A DNA stretch of 63,521 nucleotides, the filler included, from Octopus bimaculoides (lineage: Eukaryota): the NCBI RefSeq assembly GCF_001194135.2. It is 6 parts of 5 records of this genome, joined end to end, with 100 filler letters (N's around TTAATTAATTAA, not from the genome) between each part and the next. Parts side by side here need not be neighbours in the genome. Positions count along the whole stretch, not along the records: positions 44,063 to 57,119 come from NC_068984.1; positions 57,220 to 61,988 come from NC_068984.1; positions 62,089 to 63,521 come from NC_068994.1; 3 more parts are not named here. One strand, written 5' to 3'. The notes beneath the pieces were generated by a model. The model saw only the letters and a program-made list of their open reading frames with translations, had not been told where the DNA came from and searched no databases. This document shows, piece by piece, positions 53,320-63,521 of the stretch; within the stretch, counting starts at the first letter, position 1, and every line of letters starts with the position of its first letter. The translations under genes were made by a program, and so were the position numbers.

Positions 53320-53944
53320 TGTTTCGTCATTTAACGTCTGCTTTCCATGCTGGCATGGGTTGGACGGTTTGACTGGGGACTGGTAAGTCAGGGGGAGCTG
53401 CACCAGGCTCCAATCCGATCTGGCAGAGTTTCTACAGCTGGATGTCCTTCCTAACGCCAGCCACTCCAAGAGTGTAGTGGGTGCTTTTACATGCCACTGA
53501 CACGAGGGCCAGTCAGGCAGTTCTAGCAACAACTACATTCAAAAGGTGTTTTTTATGTGCTACCTACATGGGAGCCAGTCCAGCAGCACTGGCAATGACC
53601 ACGCCCGAATGTTGTTTTTCACGTGCCGGTAACGTGACGCTGGCAACGATCACACTCGAATGGTGCTTTTTACATGCCACCAGCATGGGAGCCAATCCGT
53701 TGCCCTGGCAACGGTCACACTTGGACTGCTTTTAACGTTCCGCTGACACAAGTACTGTCATCGGCCATGTCAGCGATTTTGATTTTGACTTTACTTGCCT
53801 CAACAGGTCTTCACAAGCAAAGTTTATTGTCCAATGAATGAGGGGTATTCATAAGTCGGCTGGTTACACCCACTGGCATAGGCCATGGGCTATGGTCTCA
53901 CTTGGTTTGTCGGCTCTTCTCAAGCACAGCATATCTCCGAAAGG

Positions 53945-53945
<1 letters not shown>
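53320..53945 (-). mobile_element. RTE 3' end (family C) with repeat-rich 3' UTR
   Basis: Same tail and internal GTGCTTTTTACATGCCAC repeats as 22378. Confidence 0.85.
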
Positions 53946-53984
<39 letters not shown>

Positions 53985-53988
<4 letters not shown>

Positions 53989-54056
53989 CACACACTCATA
54001 AGGATAAGCATAACAAAAGGGGTCGTTGGTGGAGTGAAAAAGGTTGGGAACCACTG
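53985..54056 (-). mobile_element. hAT-type terminus (right member of an inverted pair)
   Basis: Reverse complement reads CAGTGGTTCCCAACC...CCCCTTTTGTTATGCTTATCCTTAT. Confidence 0.6.
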
Positions 54057-54175
54057 GAACAAAGACTTGAGACAATGTCTCCACTTCCTGCTGGCCTCGC
54101 TCATCAATTTCTTACATTTGTGAGTTTCCTGGGTTTTTGTCGTTTAAGAAATCTCTCTCTCTCTCTTTTTTTCAG

Positions 54176-54404
54176 AATGGGGAAGTTGTGTGACGTGACC
54201 TTGCTTGCTGGAGATACTGAAATACTGGCTCATCGTGCTGTGCTTGCCTCTTGTAGTCCATACTTTTATGCCATGTTTAATGCTGAAATGGCTGAATCGA
54301 AAGCCGAGAAAGTGACCTTGCACCAAATCGATCCCGCTGCCTTAAGTATGTTGATTGACTTTGTGTACACATCTGAAATACATGTAACTGAAGACAATGT
54401 ACAG
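54176..54404 (+). CDS. kel: kelch/KLHL2-3-like gene, BTB domain exon
   Basis: Acceptor tttttttcAG|54176 and donor 54404|GTGAGT. Encodes MGKLCDVTLLAGDTEILAHRAVLASCSPYFYAMFNAEMAESKAEKVTLHQIDPAALSMLIDFVYTSEIHVTEDNVQ, a canonical KLHL-type BTB. Phase 2 in, phase 0 out. Confidence 0.96.
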
Positions 54405-54526
54405 GTGAGTACAGGTGAGAAAAGGAATGGTTTAAGATTCCTAGGAAAAGGAAAAGTCTAATATTGTTAACAAAATAAGAATGTCTTAGTTTATTAACCT
54501 CAAAGCATTTTGAGATTTATATCAAC

Positions 54527-54720
54527 AGGCGTGGCTGTGGGGTTAAGAAGCTCGCTTCCTAATCACATGGTTTTAGTTTCAGTCCCACTGCATGACACCT
54601 TGAACAAGTGTCTGCTACAATGGCCCTGGGCCAGCTGAAGTCTTGTCAATGGATTTGGTTGAAAGAAGTCCATTGTGTGTGTGTGTGTGCGTTTCTGTCC
54701 CTTCGTCTAACGGGCAGTAT
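54527..54720 (+). mobile_element. SINE family A 5' half in a kelch intron
   Basis: CAGGCGTGGCTGTGGGGTTAAGAAGC head through to (GT)n. Confidence 0.75.
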
Positions 54721-55344
54721 CATTCGTTTCCAGTTTTCTGTGAAGAAGATGTCCAGCAGCCAGGGGGAAACATTGCCTTGCTTGGAATCGAGGGTTGGCA
54801 CCAGGAAAGGCATCTGGCCATAGAAGAAAATTTGCCTCATCGAATTCTGTCTGACCCAGGGAAGCATGGAAGAGTGAACATTGAAACATTGATGATGATG
54901 ATGGCTATATTTCTGTTTCACCTCCAATCATCATCAGTTATATTGCTCCTGGATGTGTATGTAGTACATGGCTAGATTTGAACTAGGAATCTTTATTTCT
55001 AAAGTAATGATAGTAAAGTTCTTAGTTGTTATTTTAACCCCAGGACAGCTCTATCCAAGCTGCACAGACATGATCATCTTGCCTTCTTTCTCCAGATGTG
55101 TTTATGGATTGCACTACAATATCCAAATATGTCTTTCACACACAAAGAAACAAAGATCTGATTTAATGGAGATTTGGCAGTTATCTTTAGCATATTAAAT
55201 CAGTTGTAGTGTGCAAGAAAGAAGGCTGTATAGGTGTGAACACGATACAAATGGAGGATGATTTTTGCATAAGGAAGTGACGTGCAATCCATTTTTTTTT
55301 TTCTGTTCTTTTTTCCCAAAAACTAGCATCCCATCCATTACAAC

Positions 55345-55650
55345 AACAAAGGTTCCAGTTGATCAATGGAACTGCTTGCTCATGGAATTAACTCACAAGT
55401 GATTGAGCACTCCATAGACACATCTGTACCCCGAACATAGTTGCTCTCAAGGAGATTCAGCATGACACAGAATGTGACATGGCCTGCCTTTGTGAATTGC
55501 GGGGTTACAACTCAATTTTTGCCAAGTGAGTGGACAGGAGCAACGGGAAATAAAGTGTCTTGTTTAAGGACACAACACTCCTCCAGGAATCGAACTCATG
55601 AACTTATGATTGTTAGTCAAATACCTTAACCACAAAGCCACGTGCCTTCA
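55345..55650 (-). mobile_element. tRNA-derived SINE, further family
   Basis: The minus strand starts GGCACGTGGCTTTGTGGTTAAGG..GAGTTCGATTCC..GTGTCCTTAAACAAGACAC. A related plus fragment lies at 32845-32940. Confidence 0.75.
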
Positions 55651-56074
55651 CAATCAAAATTAGTGGAACCCATGAAAGAGGGAAACTCCTGCTGCTACAA
55701 AAGAAATATCCCTAAACATCTTCCACCCATGCCAGTACAGACAAAGCAGATATGAAACAGTGACATACAATTATATTCACTTCCATATTTCCTTTTAATG
55801 TGTTCTCTAGTGCAGAAAATTCACTTTGGAAATCAGAACCTGTTTTTCTGTTCTCTTGGTAACTAACTTCCTTGCTGGTAATGATTCCTAAACGTCAGAA
55901 ACTGGCATTCTGTCTGTTCTGACGACAAGTGTTCCAGTAGACATAGTACTTGCTCTTCACAGCCATTCTATCAAGACACCTTTCCTTGTTGAAATAAGAT
56001 GAAATTCAATATTGTATCATTATAAACCTTAATTAGATCTTATGTAACGACAATCTGTCCTAATTATTTCACAG

Positions 56075-56250
56075 ACTTTGTTGCCAGCCTCTAATTTACT
56101 CCAATTAACTGAAGTCCAAGAAGCTTGCTGCGAATTTTTGCAAAGTCAACTTCATCCTTCCAATTGTCTTGGCATCAAAGATTTTGCTGATCTCCATGAC
56201 TGTACAGAACTTCTCAACTATACACAGACCTACATAGAACAACATTTCAG
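56075..56250 (+). CDS. kel: kelch/KLHL2-3-like gene, BTB end / BACK start exon
   Basis: Acceptor atttcacAG|56075 and donor 56250|GTTGGC. Encodes [58 protein letters not shown]. The ELLNY..TYIEQHF motif closely matches Drosophila Kelch as recalled. Confidence 0.96.
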
Positions 56251-56751
56251 GTTGGCAGCTTTCCTTCTTCAATTGTTATTGAAAATTATGATTTTTAAAA
56301 ATTTCATCCTCTTTTCATGTTGGTGAAAACACCATAGTTTAATGAGGGATTCTAACTGTACTTCAGTAACACTAAGTTGTGTTTGCCATATGTGTGTGTG
56401 TGTGTATGTATATATATATATATGCACACACACATATGGCATCAATATTTAACATCTGTTGTCCATACTGGCATGAGTTGGTTATATATATATATATAAC
56501 TTGCCTATCATTTATGTATCATACTTAACAAATATACACTGTTGACAGGCCTGATGCTGCAGTTTTCGTCCGAGATAAAATCTCAGCAGATATGTTGTGT
56601 TAAAAGTAAGAAATATATCTGAAAGGGACCAAAAATAATCATCCCAGCTGTGGCTCACGAGAACACATGCATTTTGGCCTTGTTGGGCCTTGTCAGTGGC
56701 ATGTGCTCACAGCTACTGATATTTAAGATAGCCTCCAGGTTGAATGTAAAT

Positions 56752-57118
56752 CATCATCATCATCATCATCATCGTTTAACGTCCGCTTTCCATGCTAGCA
56801 TGGGTTGGACGATTTGACTGAGGACTGGTGAAACCGGATGGCAACACCAGGCTCCAGTCTAATTTGGCAGAGTTTCTACAGCTGGATGCCCTTCCTAACG
56901 CCAACCACTCAGAGAGTGTAGTGGGTGCTTTTACGTGCCACCGGCACGAAGGCCAGTCAGGCGGTACTGGCAACGGCCACGCTCGAAATGGTACATCTTA
57001 TGTGCCACCCGCACAAGAGCCAGTCCAGGGGCACTGGCAACGATCTCACTTGGCTTGCTGGGTCTTCTCATGCACAGCACATTTCCAAAGGTCTCGGTCA
57101 GTAGTCATCGCCTCGGTG
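56752..57118 (-). mobile_element. RTE 3' end (family C)
   Basis: (CAT)n-CGTTTAACGTCCGCTTTCCATGCTAGCATGGGTTGGACG..GGATGCCCTTCCTAACGCCAAC, the same 3' end as the RTE at 22378. Confidence 0.85.
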
Positions 57119-57399
57119 ANNNNNNNNNNNNNNNNNNNNNNNNNNNNNNNNNNNNNNNNNNNNTTAATTAATTAANNNNNNNNNNNNNNNNNNNNNNNNN
57201 NNNNNNNNNNNNNNNNNNNTTTGAAGAAAAGCTCGTACCATTTTTCAATTGTTGGCCTTTAAAAAACGTGATTTTGTTTCTCATGTGACAAAGGCCTATA
57301 TATTTTTTTCTGAAAGGTGACATTTGAACACGTCTTTATACGATTACTGTGTGGATAATTTATGTCTACTGCTGTTACGTTAAAAGTTGAAAGGGAGAA

Positions 57400-57925
57400 A
57401 AATGAAATATTTTCGAAATGGGAAGAAAAAAAACGCTGCAAACAGCAAAGAATTCTGTATACTTTATGGAGAAAAACGCTGCAAACAGCAAAGAATTCTG
57501 TGTAGTTTATGGGGATGATGCTATAGCTGAGATGACTATTCGTAAGTGGTTCACTAGCTTTAGGAATGAAAGTTTTTTATGTGGAAGACCGTAGACGTTC
57601 TGGCATGCTTATAGTTGTTGATGATGATTGAAGTTGTTAATGACCAAATCGAAACGCTAATCAAAACTAATTTTGGTCACATGATACAAGGCATCGCAGA
57701 GATCCTCCATATAGCTCATATGAATGTTATAAGGCATTTAAAAACATTTAGATACGCGTATCGCTATGTTGTTTGAGTACCTCATAATTAAACAGAAAAA
57801 AATTAATGGACCACGTTTCCATCTGTTATTCTCTGCCCAAACGTTACAAAAACATCACATTTTTCAAAAGAACGATCGCAGGTAATGAAAAATGGGTTTT
57901 TACAAGAATGTGGAAAAAACGAAAC
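57400..57925 (+). mobile_element. mariner transposase relic
   Basis: Translation YGDDAIAEMTIRKWF, EDRRRSG, V*VPHN*TE (WVPHEL motif) and FFKRTIAGNEKWV (TGDEKW motif), with stops and frameshifts. Internal 43-bp tandem duplication at about 57428-57514. Confidence 0.88.
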
Positions 57926-58089
57926 GAAATATCTCTAATCATTCCAAAAGTATCTGTTGGTGATTTTCTGTAAAAATAATAAACATCTAGAACTGACCAA
58001 CTGGATCGATTCCTGGCTCTAGTTAAAGCTGTGCATTCAGCTTTAACTAGAGATTTGCATATTATTTTGTACATACACCCGTTTTAAAA

Positions 58090-58675
58090 AACTGCACTAT
58101 CATTCCTTACATTTCTTATAAATTTTCTTCATCCAAAAGCTTTTCCATCCGCTTTTACACCATTCGATCGTCGCATTATCGAGTTTTACATTCTGTGTAG
58201 CCAGCCTAACGGTATCTTCCACATAATCCGTTCTAATATTGTTTTTTTTTTTTTCGTCCCGTTTTTAAATTCGGTTCAGTATTTAAGTCCGATGGTATGG
58301 CTACCGCCTGAATGAACGTACGTGGGTTTCATGTGCGTGAAGCATTTAATAGAGTGGGCCCTCTTTCTCAAAGGCTGTCATTACTTTCGAGACAGTACTT
58401 CTTGATACACCAAGCATTTCGGCTACTTTCGTTACGCTAGCGCCTGCCATACGAGCACCAACAATTTGACCTCTTTGAAAGTCCGACAGATCTGTCATTT
58501 TAATAGATTTTAATTACCTTATTCTGATGATATGTGAAAAGGGACGGCAACTTTAGTANNNNNNNNNNATAAATAGAAAAAATCATAAAATAAACAAGGT
58601 TTTGACGATTTTATAGATATTTCAATATTATGATGCTATGATGCTAGGTGTTTCCATTATTTTGTCCAACCCCTG
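58090..58675 (-). mobile_element. Tc1-like element: left TIR plus transposase N-terminus, internally deleted
   Basis: TA-CAGGGGTTGGACAAAATAATGGAAACACC terminus at 58675. ORF 58498-58346 encodes MTDLSDFQRGQIVGARMAGASVTKVAEMLGVSRSTVSKVMTAFEKEG (Tc1 HTH). The distal boundary is uncertain. Confidence 0.85.
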
Positions 58676-58788
58676 TATATATATATACATACACACAAAG
58701 TAAGTCATGCTGTAACTAGCTGCAAAATAGTAGAGCGAGTAAAAATAAATTATTAATGTGAAAATCTCCATTCTCATTATTAATGCTA

Positions 58789-58836
<48 letters not shown>

Positions 58837-58942
58837 GCGTGTGTGTGTGTGTGCGTGTATGTGTGTATACATCTATATACGTACATAGATATATGTATAA
58901 ACACACACACATATATATATATACATATACACTCACATGCAT

Positions 58943-58978
<36 letters not shown>

Positions 58979-59640
58979 TCAGACACACGCATATATGTAT
59001 ATGTTGACATTCTTGGGTTTCAATAGATCTACAGAAGAGATTGTCACACTTATAATTCAGCGGGGGAAAAAAGCTATTTGTATATTGCTTCTTACATATT
59101 GCTGTATTTCTATATTCCTAGAATTACTACACTGGAATAATTAACCTGAATAGACATGTCATCGTTTAGCCCAAGGTCTACTCGGATCGAGTGTATCTAC
59201 GATGATCAAAGACTTCTCAGCCGTTTCCATCTTGTCATTTTGTTATCTATGACAACATTTTTATATATGACTACATTCCCAATTGTTTAATTTCTTTTAT
59301 TAAGATGGTAAGTTGCTGACTTGAAGACTAGGATTGGTTAGCATGTTCCAACTTTTCTTAGAAGCTCACGTACTTCGTTTGAGAAGGAAATTGCTATAGC
59401 GAATGTGTTTTGCGATATTCAAGAAAGACTGGGTGTTGTGCGATACAAATCACAAGTTTTAACTTTGTATATATGCAGTTCAGATATATATAATTCATTT
59501 GTCGGCTTGCTGTAAGACAAAAACTACCTTCGACATCAATCGAACAGTTTCCCTATGAAGTTTGCACGTCTTGATCGACATGCTCTTCCTCACTCACGCA
59601 ATGAATTGATAGGTATAGATGACAAACACAATAGTCTTGA

Positions 59641-59692
<52 letters not shown>

Positions 59693-59718
59693 NNNNNNNN
59701 NNAACACAATAGTCTTGA

Positions 59719-59756
<38 letters not shown>

Positions 59757-59766
59757 TAAGAAGCTA

Positions 59767-59957
59767 GGCGGCGAGCTGGCAGAAACGTTAGCACGCCGGG
59801 CGAAATGCTTAGCGGTATTTCGTCTGCCGCTACGTTCTGAGTTCAAATTCCACCGAGGTCGACTTTGCCTTTCATCCTTTCGGGGTCGATAAATTAAGTA
59901 CCAGTTACACACTGGGGTCGATGTAATCGACTTTATCCCTTGTGGGCAGTAAAGAAA
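59767..59957 (+). mobile_element. SINE family B (tRNA head plus CATCCTTTCGGGGTCGATAAA core), intact with TSD
   Basis: A box TGGCAGAAACGTTAG and B box GTTCAAATTCC. 10-bp TSD TAAGAAGCTA at 59757-66 and 59958-67. Confidence 0.88.
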
Positions 59958-59967
59958 TAAGAAGCTA

Positions 59968-60096
59968 GGCGCAGGCGTGGCTGTGTGGTAAGAAGCTTGA
60001 TTCTCAATCACATGGTTCCGGGTTCAGTCCCACTGCGTTGCACCTTATACTATAGCCGCGGGCCGACTAAAGCCTTGTGAGTGTATATATATTTAT

Positions 60097-60178
<82 letters not shown>

Positions 60179-60377
60179 ATTTGTCCCCCCTCTATTGCTT
60201 GACAACTGATGTTAGTATGTTTACGTCCCCGAAACTTAGCGGTTCGGCCTAAGGGACCGATAGAATAAGTAGTAGGATTACAAAGAATAAATCCTGAGGT
60301 CAATTTCTTCGACTAAAGGCGGTGATCCAGCATGGCCGCAGTCAAATGACTGAAACAAATAAAAGAATAAAAGAATA
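59968..60377 (+). mobile_element. SINE family A (tRNA head, CORE-like body, internal microsatellite), near full length
   Basis: GGCGTGGCTGTGTGGTAAGAAGC..GGTTCAGTCCC head, central (GT)n and (AAAAGAAT)n-like tail. CpGs are intact. Confidence 0.85.
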
Positions 60378-61649
60378 TATATATATGTATGTGTGTGTGT
60401 AGTGTGTGTGTGTAGTGTGTGTGTGTGCTGTCTGACTAAATTTGTTCTTGACGTCATCCACCTAATAATTAAACAGTTATGTAGGTGAAAACATTTATTG
60501 ATTAGTACATGAAGCAGCTGAAGTATATTTATATATAGGATTAAAAAAATGTAACCATTATTCGATGACTAATATTTTTGTTTTTCCTCGGCATCTGCGT
60601 CAAACAACATTCTACGCGTTTTGTCATAATTTAATAATGCTCAGCTTATACCTGGGCAACTGACGGACAGGCTATGCTTTGCTGAAGAGCCTTCAACAAA
60701 TGCTGTCTCTTACATTTACCGATGAAAGCAATATTAATCTGCTACTTTATTTATAATTTGTTTACCATATTTTCTATACTCTGAGTACGGAGTAGTAGGA
60801 ATACTGACTGATTACATTTGCCTGCCAAATTTACTGTCAGTTTTTTTTTTGTTTTTGTTTTTTTACACGCATTTATATACCATTTTGCCATGGTGACAAG
60901 TCTTGAAAACATAAGACATTTCTGGAATGGTCTTCCGTAGTTGCTGATGGAAAATGTAATATTAATTATCGATTAATATGATTTTTGTTTTATCTCATAT
61001 GTGATTATCCCACTGTTGTTTAATGTTCTAATCGATAATATTTCAAATACTAATATTTAATCATTATGACCTATTGATGTTTGTCTGTCTGTCTGCCTCC
61101 CAGTGAATGACAACCGATTCGTCAGCATCATTAATATGTTCGCTCACACCTTGTAATCAGTTCCCAATTTAAAAGAGAAAGACTATTCTGAGATAAATTA
61201 TCTCACTTGAGTGTGAAAAAAGTTATAGAAGATTTTTGTAACACAAGACTTTTATGTTCGAGTTGGCCTGTCGTCGGGCAACATACTGCTGATTGTGAGC
61301 AGTCGAGGGACAGTGGCAGGTTGTTGACAGGAAGTATGTGTGGTAATGACTTGACAAAGCGTGGGTAGAAGAAACCCAGAAAAGAACCTCATTAAAAAAT
61401 ATTGATCTTCATAAGCTACTTTATAGTACGCCGAATTAATATGAATGTTAGTCAAGATTAATTATAATTGCATCTAGCGCCAGACACGACACAGATCATA
61501 ATGTGTCTCGGCATAAGCAAGAATTTTCATTAAATAAATGGATCTTAATAAACATTATAGAACGCCGGATTAATATGAATACCAGTCAACACATTAATTA
61601 TAATTACATCTAACTCCAGACGCGACAGAAATTATTAAGTATCGCTCGC

Positions 61650-61988
61650 ACCGCCGCCCTCCTTCAATCGAGCAGGCGAGGCAGTTTTTCTTTGCCCGGT
61701 GGCTGTGGCGAAAGAGGTTGTTTGGTGGACAAGGCCGAAAGGTATGAGGACAGATACATTCCTCTTTGGTAGAAATCTCATTGACTTCTTCAAGTTTCAC
61801 TTCAAAAGGAAATTGAGAGTGGAGAGGGAAGTGCTGTCCTCGAGTGAGCTTATTGAAAGCTGGATGAAAGTTGCGAAAATGGCAAGAATGCGTGGTACCT
61901 CTCTAAGTGTAAACCTGTGAGTCGGAAAGAAGGAATTGGAGAGGGCACTTGCTCCTGGGGTTTCAAGGAAATTTCGGACAGTGGAGTT
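61650..61988 (+). mobile_element. probable L1/Tx1-type LINE ORF2 C-terminus and 3' UTR
   Basis: GC-richer open frame PPSFNRAGEAVFLCPVAVAKEVVWWTR..NLIDFFKFHFKRKLRVEREVLS..* resembles the post-zinc-finger tail of Tx1-like ORF2 as recalled. Ends at a gap. Confidence 0.55.
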
Positions 61989-63521
61989 NNNNNNNNNNNN
62001 NNNNNNNNNNNNNNNNNNNNNNNNNNNNNNNNTTAATTAATTAANNNNNNNNNNNNNNNNNNNNNNNNNNNNNNNNNNNNNNNNNNNNGTTCTTTATGTA
62101 TTAACGAATTATACTTTATTTTATTTTCAAAGAAAAAACTGGTTAACACGTTTATAGAAAATTCTTATAGATGTAAACATTGGCAGCAACATGTATTTTC
62201 AGCATTTAAATAACAATCACTTTTTCATAAAACGCTATCGCAATAACCCGTAATACACGAGTTCCTCAAAAAGTTATAGTATAACATGTCATTAACTCCC
62301 TCATATGTTAGAAGATAAAAATTGATTACGATTGACATAATCTATCTAGACATTCTTTATTTATTAACCTAAATTAGAACACATATAAAATCTTTGAACA
62401 TAAAAAAGCGCATAATATTTTATTTATTTCATAGTAAAATCCACCCATAATAATTACATAATATGCAATGCTTTATTAAACTTATTTCTTCTTTTACATA
62501 CTTAATTATACCTCAATATCATTATTTTACGACTTCCAATTTATTTACCAATTAGCTTAGCAATAATAAGAGTTATTATGTTCCTGGCTTTTTTAAGGAG
62601 AGTTCTCTAAATCTACGATCATAATTCATCATTTCAGCGTTCCTAGAAACATCTTTAATTTTTATCATTCATAGTTCAAATATTTTTTCTCGTAACATTA
62701 CATACCACAAGCATATTAATATATCACTATTTGACGAAAAATTTACTGGTCGGTATAATATATTGTGATTTTCAAATTTCGATTAAACTTTTACACTAAC
62801 AAATATGTTACGGAATTACTGTAGTAAACCTTATTTATAATTTTGACTTTGTCTTCTTAAGCAAGATTTACTATTTAAACCCCTAATTCAACCTAAATTT
62901 TCTAACATAAAGTAATCATTTCATGTAAATTAATGGACAACCCATTAACTTTATTATTCTTTAATTCATTAATTGATTTTCATTCATTTAACATCTCATT
63001 CACGTATATATGAATTACCTTCAGATGAGTATCTATATAAGTTCATGTAATAACAAATACATAAAAAATATATTTGTATGTATAAAGGTATGTGTATAAG
63101 TGTTTATATATAAACCTGTATCTGTGGGAGAGTGTGTCTATGTATATATATATTTAGGTTTCTATATGAAATTAGATGTGTTTGTATAGATTTTTGTGTA
63201 CATGTATGTATTTTTTTTCTCTTCCTTCCTTTCTTGTCATAAGTACTATCTGGTAGCGTCCACATCTCTAACGGTTTTTTCAAATGAATTACGTTATAAC
63301 CTTATCCAACTATAGTTCTCATACTCGGTCATAATGTCTTACGTTTAAGATGATCCCCATACATTTCCCTGAGGAGAAGTTTACATTTTTAACATCGACG
63401 ATTCCTATGGATCGCATTAATTGTAATTCTTCGAAACATATATCGGAATAAAGTATGCAGTTATAACATGCGTTCACTCCATTCCTTAAATTTATATGTA
63501 TATATATATATATATATATAT

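Noticed and set aside
59625-59755. Direct repeat AACACAATAGTCTTGAAT(GT)n on both sides of 10 N
   Set aside because: Typical overlapping contig ends, so likely an assembly duplication.
61100-61112. Acceptor-like CTCCCAG as the next kelch exon
   Set aside because: The required phase gives an immediate stop (GAA TGA).
62090-63000. Possible mitochondrial insertion (nad3/cox3-like AT-rich DNA)
   Set aside because: No convincing mitochondrial protein or tRNA motif in any frame I read; only composition is similar.

Overview
AT-rich, microsatellite- and gap-ridden animal genomic DNA. The SINE/RTE repeat families look octopus-like (inference from recalled repeat sequences, not a search). The only well-supported gene is the 5' part of a + strand kelch / KLHL2-3-type BTB-BACK-Kelch gene, with three phase-consistent exons at 51911-56250; its remaining exons are not visible in the window. 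Candidate upstream exons lie at 21334-21362 and 23349-23606, and there is a speculative 4-exon minus-strand ORF at 1628-5104. The rest is mobile-element debris: several tRNA-derived SINE families, RTE 3' ends, R4/Dong and L1/Tx1 LINE fragments, pogo, mariner and Tc1 transposase relics, and hAT, piggyBac, mariner and Merlin-like MITEs. The most interesting signals are (1) minimal hammerhead-ribozyme motifs sitting just downstream of tRNA-like Pol III heads (18239-18283 and 12732-12777), (2) an RTE copy with a clean twin-priming-type 5' inversion, (3) a palindromic MITE with an 8-bp TSD carrying inverted telomeric repeats, and (4) inverted repeat pairs bracketing kelch exons. Repeat boundaries are approximate (tens of bp) unless a TSD or splice site is quoted. 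Almost all ORFs in the supplied track are microsatellite or N-gap artefacts.
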